The notes under the pieces were generated by a model. That model saw only the letters and a list, made by a program, of their open reading frames with translations. It was not told the DNA's origin and did not search any database. Below are positions 12,387-24,409 of a stretch of 64,000 nucleotides of DNA, in pieces. A program made the translations under genes and the position numbers. The stretch's first letter is position 1. Every line of letters begins with the position of its first letter. The DNA comes from Balanoglossus misakiensis (Eukaryota; Animalia; Hemichordata), in the NCBI GenBank assembly GCA_040954595.2, contig CM082597.2:248001-312000 (forward strand), read 5' to 3'.

Positions 12387-14870
12387 TTATGATGTGTCAA
12401 ATAACTCGGCCAACAGAGGTACAAGTTGTTTGCCATTCAACTGTAAACTTAATATATGTTCTGTGTATTGCTCAGAAAAACTTCTTAGTTGTGTCAGTTT
12501 GCTGACGATTTTAGCGAAAAGGATTTTATCATCTGGATGATAGAATCGCGTACATGACAGCAAACTCTCGACAAATGGCTGTTGTAAATCCTCCACTTTG
12601 GAACGATTCTGGAGACTATCACGATCTGTTGAGAATGAAGAAGAACATTAAGCATTTAGTTGAAGTATTAATTACTAAAAATAGAATTCTGGATTCAATT
12701 CTATCCCAGTATGCCCGACCTCAGACCTGCTGATTTCAGGTTACAGATGATGTGTTTTTGGGTCTGCACAATGTTTATTTTGAAAATACACATTCCTGTA
12801 TGTATGGTTTGATCTGCTAGGTCATATCAAAAGGACCTGTTGGCTTGGCGGAATATTTTGATAGAAGCAGATTTGCAAGAAACTTACCTGGTGATAGTAT
12901 AACCATAGCATACAGCAGGCAATACTCGGAATGATTCAATTTCAACTCAGACATCTCCTGGGAAAACATGATCATGCGTTCCCTGATTTGTCCAAATCCA
13001 GCCCGTTCACATTCTTTCTCTCCGTATATTTCATTCGTGTCAACATTTTTAAATCCTCCTTTGTCAGGTACGTAGTGTTCAGAGCTTCCTAACATCATGT
13101 TCTCGATGAGCGATGTCTTAATCAGAATAGCCTGATCCTGGTAGGACATCTCAGTAAATCCGGGAATGCACTTGGCCATGGCAATCAACTGTTTCAGGAT
13201 AACAATCAACATTTCCATAAAATGTGTAAACATACTATCATTCCCGCCATCATGGCTTTTGGTGACGGCACATGTATCACAGAGACCTTTGGTTTCTGAC
13301 ATGTCTTGATCTTTGGCCTCGGACCTTTGACCTTCATAGCCTGTTTTCTTCTTGGCCATCTTCATACCTTTGTCTCCTTCCACTCGGATCTTTGTTTCTG
13401 TTACGTCTGTCTCTACTTCAGAGTCTCGCTCTTCCGGTATACTTGGCTGATAAAATGATGCAATGCAGATGAGTTTAATTTCATAAAATTAGGTAGCACG
13501 GACATATTTTCCCTCAATTATATTGTATACAAATAAGAATCATATTATAAATCGGGAAGACTATATTCACCAAATACTCATCAGCTGTAGTCAATGTTTC
13601 AACTAAATATCAGATGTTTAGAACGACACACAATCCAACATACATTTTTCTGGCGACTAACTGGCCTACTAAGCGACCATCAGGTATTATATATGAACCC
13701 CAGATAACTCATGTTTAATAATACATAAACGACTGGTTATGCGAATCACATCAAATCATATTCCACAGATCACTTTCCTTATTAAATTTCTGCCTCCCAG
13801 CTACTGATAAACCCAATCTGAGTATGAAGCTACAAAGATTTCAATAACGACCAATGCATTAGTGCTTTTATCTGTATTTACTACAGTGAAATGAGGTCAG
13901 TGTACCCTCTAAGCCCATATGCTAATGGAAGCATTGACAGAAGTCAGGATTTGATAGAACTGATGTCAAAATTATCAAATTTTCATATTTATACTAATAC
14001 CAGGTATCCTTTCCTTATTAGGACCCTTGTAATGACTGATATTTCAGAAATAAATAGTGCACTTACTGCTGATATCTTTTGTCTTGCTTGATCAAAGGCC
14101 ATCACAATGTAGTCAATGAAATCTTTCTGCTGATCAGTCAAGTGTAACTTGCAGTGTGATTCTGGAGAATTCTCTTCTGACATTAAAGATGCTGATGTAC
14201 TTGTCACTGATGTTTGTGATGGTGATGTCATGGACAGTGACATACAGGGTGATGAAACTGGTGACGATGACGGTGTTATTGATAACACAGTCGTAGGAGG
14301 CAAACTTGGCGATTCAACCTTCACTTTTTTAGTGATCGGTTTTCTAGTTGCAAGTCTATCTTTGGTCCATACTCCTGCAATCAAAGGAGAGTACATATTC
14401 AGACCTTCTGTTAAAAGCTCACGCATCTGTAGTGTAACACACATTGAGAATTTCAGAGGGAAATAATATTTTCTTATCAGCAGATGCTACAAAGTAAACA
14501 AAGACTAAAAGCATGTACTGATGATGTCATCTGAGGACTGACACTGGCTTTTGGGGCATGACATTTGATATTCACTAAGTTACATGTATAAGATAGATAT
14601 CCTCATGCACTTACTCGTAACTTGCATACCACTATCAAGGCATTTTTTCATTCGACATGCTGGACATTGTCTTCTTGTATACAAATCCATTTCACATCTG
14701 CCTTGTTTATCCATTTCACATTTGAGACGATCTCGGTGTCGCACATTTCGACGGAAAAATGTTTTGCAGCCTTCACATGATAGAACTCTATAGTGCAAAC
14801 CATTGGCTTTGTCACCGCAAATCACACACAGTTTGATGTTATCATTGTCACATGGATTTTTTGTGCTCAT
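12387..14870 (-). CDS. Nuclear receptor, NR1H-like (LXR/FXR/EcR group), divergent; ~453 aa from 4 coding exons
   Basis: Exons 14870-14615, 14374-14067, 13446-12888 and 12625-12387 have consistent phases (1,0,1) and GT-AG junctions. C4 zinc-finger DBD: CVICGDKANGLHYRVLSCEGCKTFFRR...CEMDLYTRRQCPACRMKKCLDSGM. LBD signatures: FTHFMEM...AKCIPGFTEMSYQDQAILIK, ILSPDR, and AF-2 PLLAELFD (compare LXR PLLSEIWD). Probable non-coding upstream exons have donors near 15160 and 16092. Confidence 0.9.
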
Positions 14871-16437
14871 CTGAGAGAAGAATAAAACAAACAAATTATG
14901 GATGAGAAACTGTAAAACAGGAAATTGCAATAGCCAAAAAAATGTGAAAATAAAAAGTCATGTAAAAAATGTTTTTTCAGAGATATTGATGCAGATAGTA
15001 AAATACAAGAACGCGAAAATTAACCGTCATGTAACAGTTGCAAATTTTGATAAAAAAACAAAAAAATTGATGAAAATGTTGGTAATCTTGATCAAACATT
15101 GTCTAAAACAGCGATATTTTGGCCCTAGTAAAACTGATACCACATATTAGGTATACTTACTTTTATAATTGTGTCTTACAGGATATGGCGTTCGGCTTAA
15201 AATGACACATAATACATAAACAATCCAGTCACACGTACATGCAGGACCACTGTAGCAGACTGACAAGAACAATTAAGGAAACATACATGATTATCCACTT
15301 TGATATGAAACACAGCATGAGCAATTTTCTGAAGACTACAATTGAAAGATGAGACTTTTATGAAATGTCATTTCCATGGAGACATGTGCGTACTAAAAAT
15401 TATTATCTGAAACCATAGTGAAGATACACACAGCCATTGGCTCAAATGATACAGAAGACTAGCATTGTAAGAACTACATGTACACAATGTTTACAATAAA
15501 CCGAATCAGTCATCTCAAGCTACATCATATTACATGTAGTTAGAAATTTTGAGCAATCATTCTTCATGGATAGATATTGCTTATCCAGCATTTACATACA
15601 TTTCTCATAGAATTATTGGTTTGTTTACATGAAATGAGACATTGTTTTCCCCAAATTAAAGGGGTCAGGCCATGGCCAATACTCTAAATATATTTCATTT
15701 CGTATCGTATCGGAATTAATACTGGGTCAACTGTGGCTAGCCCAAAGCAAGTATGAGTTAGTAAATCAAGCATTCGACGTAATTACCGTTTTATTTTTTA
15801 TTATTAATTTGGGAGTGAACATTTTTGGGTATGTTGTCCAATCAATGTTGTTGATTTCTGTAATCCAGGTACATGAACCCAATGCCACTGTTAAGAGTAT
15901 AGAGACTTAAGCCTTGAACTCTCTGCACTACATGACAAGGCCGTATACTGTACAATCCTTAGAAAAAAATATGATACGTCGTGAGACTCGTGACTGATTC
16001 TACAGAAAATCAACGTGGGAGCGTGCGCACTAACAATCAGGTCAACAACAACGCGACGACAAATGGATGTCACAACAAATTATTTTGCTTACCGTGATCT
16101 GTGTAACCACTGCCAGGCACGTATCTCGGTATATACTGTCCGAAAATATATCTAACGTTACTGTCACTACCCAAGTACTGACGAAACAGTACGCGTTATT
16201 CGGCTACACTACAAATTACAATTTCCTACATCGACTGACTTGTGTAAACCAATATGGCCTCTCGCAAAACGGAAGTTTATTAACCTGGTATTCAGAACAA
16301 ACCATTCCATGATAGGGTAGATCAGTCGTCCTAACTTTCAATGTGTACGACAAATGTATTTTCTCTCGTGTGTGGCAGTCTTGAGGAATTTCATTCACCA
16401 GAAAAAAACATCAAAAATGAATATTATAAAGTTTTTT

Positions 16438-16873
16438 AAAAATCAACAAAAATCGTCCACACATAACAGTAAATTTATTGAAGGGAACTTCTTCAAATGA
16501 CTGCAGCCTGCAGTTCAAAAAGTTGGGTGACGTCACGAAAATTTCCAACACTTGGTGGCGACATTTACAATTTCAGAACAGACCTCACTCATGACCCAAT
16601 ATGAATATTAGGCCCTACACTCTTGGAACAGGTGTGCAAAGTAGACGCTCCAATTTAATTTGACCCGACCTAATTCAACGCGCCACTTCACAAAATTTAA
16701 ATATATATTGAAAACGCGCGTACATTACCAGACAGATTCGCACCTGGTGAAGGCGAAGAGATTGAGGTCTGTTCGGAACAGCGTTGGAAATTTGCGTGAC
16801 GTCACCCAACTTTTTGAACTATATTAGGCTGGGCTGCAGTCATTTGTTATGTGGGGCGATTTTTGTTGATTTT
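16438..16873. repeat. Long imperfect inverted repeat (MITE/foldback-like); arms ~16438-16587 and ~16763-16873
   Basis: The left arm aaaatcaacaaaaatcg...acataac...caaatgactgcagcc...agttcaaaaagttgggtgacgtcacg.aaatttccaac...gaacagacctca is the reverse complement of the right arm, allowing a few indels. Confidence 0.85.
16528..16804. promoter_or_regulatory. Two full palindromic CRE sites (TGACGTCA) in the divergent NR/TBRG1 promoter interval
   Basis: TGACGTCA occurs at 16528-16535 and 16797-16804, one in each arm of the inverted repeat. Function is not shown. Confidence 0.45.
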
Positions 16874-17096
16874 GTTAATCCATCCCCATATTTTCTAAGT
16901 GTTTAAACGATCCATTATACATTTTTCGCAAATATTTTCTTATTTTTGATACAACTCTTCAGGCCAACCTCCGAACAGGATTGACCTCGTATTGTACACG
17001 TGTTTCTTTCGTTTTTAGTTGTGTACGCATGTTGGCGCTGTTGTACACCAGTTCGCCCTCACGGGTTGACCTTTGGAAAGCATAGCCGTGTCAAAG

Positions 17097-20000
17097 ATGG
17101 AGGAGAAGAAGTCAGAGCAAAGGCAAGCGTTTACTTTTCCACCGCCGAATCAACTGCTTGTCAGACATTCTGGTAGTTTTGAAGGTGGCGAAGGAGACCA
17201 AGAAAGACAAGTCATCAACCCACAAAGCGATCAAAGTTTGCTTCGTGGAAGACTGAGTCACGAAGAAGTTATCATGCATCAACGTCAAAACTCAAAACTG
17301 ATGTTTTCACAGACACAGGTAAATATATTCGTATTTCTCTGGTTGTAGTAGTTGAAATCAGCGATTGGTACGTTAATCCACAAATATATTCGTAAGCTTA
17401 GCTAATAATTTCGCGTCGGCCGACATTGAGTCGAGATCGCTCTCATGTTCTTTCACGTTTCGGTTTGGCTACAAGGTAGACAACAATCAACTCATCAACT
17501 TGACCTGAGATGACCTTAAATTTTTTCAGGCCCCACCAGTGTCACCAGATGCTCACACATTATCACCGCCGTGTATTTCAACACAAGCTTTACCAACACT
17601 GTCTCCAACGTTAGATCACCATGGTGATGTGGGACAGACATCTTTATTTCCAGTCTTGGAAAGTGTGACAAGTCTACCTGGAATACAAATGAGTGACCAA
17701 ATGGAACAAGGGTAAGGATGACCTATGATCTATGCGCACAATTTGACATTTTTACCTGAAAGGAAAAATAAATTTCCAGTGGCTTTATCAGTAAATTATT
17801 TATCTTGCAGACAAACTGTGCTGTGAAAAAGTTAATTTTAAATTTCCTGATTGAATCATAACATTCTCCACTTGTACAGGGAATCATCTGGTGCGGACAC
17901 TCTCAGTGACAAGACTGGTATGACATGGTTGGATGCAGCACAGGTATGTATATTTAGTGATTCAACATAACATCTTCTCTCAATCTATCTCTGACAAGAA
18001 TGAGATCCATGATACTTTATGAAAAGTGGTTAATCGTGCCTTGCCCAAATATATAAAGGGTAAATTATTCTGTTTGGCGAGCTTACTATTGTAAATTTGA
18101 TTTATTTTTAGCAAGTACTGGAAGAAGCCGGACAACCATTACACATCAAAGAAATTAAGAAGAAAATCATGGAAAAGGGATATGTCCAATCAAGTTCAAA
18201 TTCCAGTCTGGAAGCTGTGTTGTATAGAGAAACACAGAAAGGTAGCAGACGATTCCAACGTATTGATGGAAGATTTGGTGTCTTTGCTCTGTTGGTAAGC
18301 ATCATTGTGAATTATCAAGCCAATAATATCTAGTAAGTAGTGTCTTAGAATCCAAATTGTCTGCTTTGACAAGTTCTAACACTGTCTAGTTTGATTTTCA
18401 GCCTCCTCAGGAACGACACTTGGCGCACCCTAGGGTCAAATCAGAGCATGGCACCAAGAGAAAACACATGACCAGTATGGAAGACAGAGCCAATCAGAAT
18501 GAGCGTTACAAACAGAAATTTAAGAAGCTGAAAAAAATTGTGAAAGCCATGGTATTTGTAAGTAATGATGGTAAGGTTGGATCTCTGAAGAGGGAACTGG
18601 GGGTGAAAAGGTTGATTTTATAATTGACACGTTGCATTGTTTTGATCTGTTGTTTATATTTTTTGAACACAGGAGAATGCTGCACTGTGTGATGAAGCAG
18701 CAAGAACGCAAGATAAAATTGCTAAAGCAAAAGAAGAAAGAAAATTTCTATTAAAGAGACTGTTTCAATATCAGACTTTGAGCGATGTGGCTAGTCTATC
18801 AACAGGACAGCATGCTGGGACATCTGGACAACATTCATCCATGTTTGGGGGCCTTGGAGAAGCCAATCAGGCCCTGAATGTGAATACACATGGAACAGGC
18901 AGCAGTAGTAAACATAGCAAAGAGAGTAAAAGTGGAGAAAAGAAAGAAAAGAACAAACAGAAAAAAGATAAGGGTGAGTTCATGGTGATCAGTCATTGAA
19001 CTTCATATATGGGTCATGTTTGATACTAGATCAACCACCACTTTGAAATAAAATCTGATCTATTTTTGGTCGTAACTGTTTATCAGGTGGAGATGCTTCA
19101 TCCAAGAGTAAATCTAGAACAAAACGGAAGAAACCAACAGATGTCAAGAAACTAGTGACAACCATACCGCTGGACCCAACAGGTACGACTCTAATTCATC
19201 GGCCATATATTTGTGTCACTTTGACCCTCCCCCCCCCCAATACTGACAATCCATATCATGCAGACATGCATGTTATGTAAACAAATATTTGTTTTCTTTC
19301 TGTAGGTAAACCTATATTCCCCATTGTGTTGGGTGGACTGACCGTTCATAGTCTGGGTGACATCCAAGCCAAGCCCAATTTCCATGATGAAGATTACATC
19401 TTCCCAGTTGGTTTCTGTAGTACCAGAGTCTATGCCAGTTTTAAGAACCCCAATCAGAAATGTTTGTACACATGTAAAGTACTGGATGGGGGAATTAGAC
19501 CAAAGGTAAAAAGTCTTCAAATAGTGGTTCGTGTTTTCATGTATATTGACTGCAGTTTCCAACTTTACTTGTGGCAGGTGAATTACCTAATCGTTATATT
19601 TTATGTTTTATTTTCTTAGTTTGAAATTGATCCAGAAGACAGTCCAGACCATCCCATAATATGTTCCACTGCCTCTGAATGCCATAAACGACTTTTGAAA
19701 GCCATTAATTTGGCAATGTAAGTACACTTTTGTTGTCTCAGTAAGCAGGAGTGATTGAAACAAAGGAAAGAATCAAATGAAAGTAAACATTTGTTATTTG
19801 ATTTCATCTCTTGTGCAGTGGGAAAGAGCTGATCAGCAGTCAACGAGAATCAGGACCGGAATTTTTCGGATTGTCTCATCCAACAATTCAAAATCTCATC
19901 CAGAGCTGTCCAGGTGCCAGAAAGTGTACGGAATACAAATGGAAAAAGTTTGAACCGTGTAAACCAACAGAAAGAGATGAGATTATTGCAAGTCACAGTG

Positions 20001-20502
20001 AAAATGATGCAAGTCTCAATTTTGATGCATTCCTAAGAGCCAAGAGTACAGATTCAGGTTTGTTTTGAAAATTTTTACAAATAGTTTGAAAAACAATCAC
20101 TGTCAGAATCCAATACCTCAAGCTGTCACTGAAAGTAATTCACATACAAATGTACACTTGCTATAAAATCATGGAATATAAAAAGCATTTCAGAAGAGTC
20201 CCTTGGAATTTGAAAAGTATTCTTTAAAATGAGTGTCTGTGATTCTGCTTGCAGATAGAGAACATGAAATGTATATTCAACACCAAATCTCAACTCTGGA
20301 TGGCAGTACAAGTAGTCTGAGATCGCTATTGACAACTGGTATGCCTGGTAACCTGGCAACTGTGAGTCAACAAGTACAGATGTCGTCCCCACAGCATCTG
20401 ATGACATCTCCACAAAGGCCACTGCTATCACCAACAAATCTGATGACATCACCACAGGTTTTGATGACATCACCCAGCACACCCAAGACACTGCAAAGCT
20501 GA
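17097..20502 (+). CDS. TBRG1: Transforming growth factor beta regulator 1 (TBRG1/NIAM) with FYRN/FYRC domains and an N-terminal HARE-HTH-like domain; ~662 aa, 11 exons
   Basis: Exons 17097-17318, 17530-17711, 17880-17943, 18112-18294, 18402-18557, 18673-18973, 19087-19182, 19306-19505, 19620-19717, 19819-20057 and 20255-20502 total 1989 nt in one open frame. TBRG1 coiled coil: YKQKFKKLKKIVKAMVFENAALCDE...KEERKFLLKRL. FYRN: PIVLGGLTVHSLGDI...IFPVGFCSTRVYAS...YTCKVLDGG. FYRC: SGPEFFGLSHPTIQNLIQSCPGARKC. AATAAA signals near 20564, 20605 and 20643. Confidence 0.92.
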
Positions 20503-20792
20503 CTGACCCAATGTCATTCTTCCTAATTTGCAAAAAAATACCATATTGTCACTGCTGCTACTGAATAAATCTCTTGAAATGTCAATTCTAATACTGTGCA
20601 TCACAATAAACTACATGTAAATGTCTGTGGAATTGTCTCATTAATAAAGGTACATGACTTGTTGCACATAAAACTCCCAAGAAATGGACATGCTCCAGAA
20701 ATGGTGCATGACATTTCTTGGTGTCCATTGCAAGCAAGGCCACACCATTCAAACTAACAGTAAAAAAACACACACGCATACTGTGACGGTAG

Positions 20793-20829
20793 TTCTCTTT
20801 CGGAGAATGTGTTGGCCCTGAAAAGGGCC
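20793..20829 (-). terminator. Histone mRNA 3' stem-loop (SLBP site) and purine-rich histone downstream element (U7 site)
   Basis: The minus strand reads CAAAC-GGCCCT-TTTC-AGGGCC-AACA (stem-loop 20829-20814, ~30 nt after the stop), followed by GAAAGAGAA at 20801-20793. Confidence 0.93.
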
Positions 20830-20858
20830 GTTTGTGGTTTGAGCTGTTGTTCAGCTAG

Positions 20859-22008
<1,150 letters not shown>

Positions 22009-24409
22009 ATGAGTTTCGTGGCAAAGTGTTTGGCGACTTCAGCGATTCGGGTTGCTAAGGGTGGAACAGGCATTACTTTGGCGAGATATTGCTCATCGCT
22101 GTCAAATGGTCTAATCTTTCGGCAGGTAGGCATTGTGTTTAGGCTGTGGTGGTGATGGTAAATTCACTAAGTTCATTTTCCCGTTGAGGAATTTTAACAT
22201 AGTTGCAAATTGCCGAAGTTGATCTTGAATTCGGTTAATCGTACATTGTAATAAATCATCATTGTGCACAACTTATCACATAAGCAGTCGCGCACGCATT
22301 GCTTTCTCAGGCCATGTGAAGACGTGGTTAAAATCAGGGATTATGTAATTTTGATAAACGTGGACTGTGATTACTGTCAAAGCTTCCAGGTGGCGTGAAA
22401 ATGTGAAGATTTTATGTTTCGTTAGGCATAATCACACGCCCCACATTCTGTACGTTTCCCCATTTACATGTAGTCCATTACCCGACGATGTTATGTGCAC
22501 GTTTCACTGCACCAAAACAAGGTCAGATGTGATTTGATTGGCTGGAATGGGTCATAAATGTGGGCGTTGTTCTCGGCTAAACCAATAAAAACGCGCGTCC
22601 TACTTTCATCGACGTTAGGGTGAACATATGTCAATACATGTATTACTATTGGTAACAAATATGGAAAAATGTCAAAATTAAATATATATGGGGTAAAGTG
22701 ACAATTTGGTGTTGACTTCAAAATTGTTCATATCTTGAATTCTTGCCCTTTCTTCATAGTTGTTTGACCAACAGTCCTACACATACACATATCTGCTGGC
22801 AGATGACCAGGCCAAAGAAGCTGTCTTGATTGATCCAGTGGTGGAATTGGTTAACCGAGATATCAACCTACTTAAAGACTTAGGCCTCAAATTGGTTTAT
22901 GCTTGTAAGTATTGGTTATATCCATTTGCTCCCAAGTTTCAAATCCCTGGTGCTCAAGTGGCCATATTTCAGATAGAAATGAATGACAGTTGTGCAACTA
23001 GGGGAGGTCAAAGGTCATCCAGGTGAATGCAAAGAAAGATTACGTGCAGTTTTACATGTTAATTTTGAACTGTTGTATATTAACGTTGTTTATATAGCAT
23101 GAAAATTTCAAAGCCACAGTTTAGTTTGTGTATTGAAAGAATTACTGAAAGAACATTTTATATCAAACTATATAAATTGCAAATAAATAACTGTCAAAGA
23201 CTGGCATTTTTAAACTTTCTTTTTTGTCAGTGAACACACATGTTCATGCTGATCATGTGACTGGTACTGGAGAACTCAAGAAGCATGTGAATTCGTGTCG
23301 AAGTGTTATTTCGGAAGTATCAGGTGCTGTTGCTGATATCAAAGTTAATGAAGGAGACACCATATATTTTGGAAATCATGTAAGTTTCATAATATTGATC
23401 ATATTGTCAAATTGGCAGCCCAGTCCTTCTGGACAATAAGTTCTCTCATAATTAAATTCACGGACCACAGGCCTCTGTATGGCAATGGCTGTAAAGCTCT
23501 GTCCCACAAGAATGTTTGAAATATGGATTATGTAATTTCAGAATTCTGATGAGAATATCCTGTAATTGCAGTGAATATTGCCTTTTATTGCAGTCATTAA
23601 AGGTATTATCCACCCCGGGTCATACTAATGGATGCCTGTCCTACGTGATGTATGACAATGGGAAAGCAAGAATGGCATTTACTGGTGATGCTTTGTTAAT
23701 CAGAGGATGTGGAAGAACAGACTTCCAAGAAGGTAATAATTTATAATTGACACATTGTAGAAGTTAATGCATATATGATTGACTTCCTTAAGGGTAATAA
23801 TAATAAAGCACTAGGACTTGAACACAGGGTTTTACTGTAGCCAGAGTACTGGATTCACAGTCACAGCAAAGAGAGTTTCAGATACATCCTTTTGTTGTAA
23901 TTTTGATATCTGATTTCTTACATAGGTAATGCGTCCACGCTGTATGATTCTGTCCACAACAAGATTCTATCTCTGCCAGCATCTACGTATCTCTATCCAG
24001 CGCATGATTATACAGGTAAAGATTTACGTCAAAGCCATGGTATTTGTCACATCATTTTCATGTTATACTTCTAGCAACATAAATATTATCAAGGTTTAAC
24101 ACCACTCTGATTGTAAAAGATATGAATTATTTTTGTCTTTTAGGTCAGACTGTTACCACAGTGGCTGAAGAGTTAAAGCATAATCCTAGGTTGACAAAAA
24201 ATAAGGAAGAATTTATGGAAATCATGAAAAACTTGAATTTGCCATACCCTAAAGCAATTGGTAAGTGTAGATATAGAGGGCGCTCTCACTTTGAAAAATT
24301 TATGTCGGACCAATTACAGATATCAAATGTCTTTTTTGTGTAAATTTCAGATCGAGCATTGCCGGCTAACTTGGTGTGCGGTTTGTATGAAGTCGAAAAG
24401 CAAAGTTAA
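22009..24409 (+). CDS. ETHE1: Mitochondrial persulfide dioxygenase ETHE1 (metallo-beta-lactamase fold); ~271 aa, 7 exons
   Basis: Exons 22009-22125, 22760-22904, 23231-23379, 23594-23732, 23926-24015, 24144-24260 and 24351-24409 total 816 nt. Basic transit-peptide-like N-terminus. Motifs [56 protein letters not shown] and PANLVCG. Confidence 0.96.

Noticed and set aside
14375-14444. NR exon 2 starting at MRELLTEG, as the ORF track suggests
   Set aside because: The DBD exon ends in phase 1. The acceptor at 14375 keeps the frame, while the one at 14427 does not.
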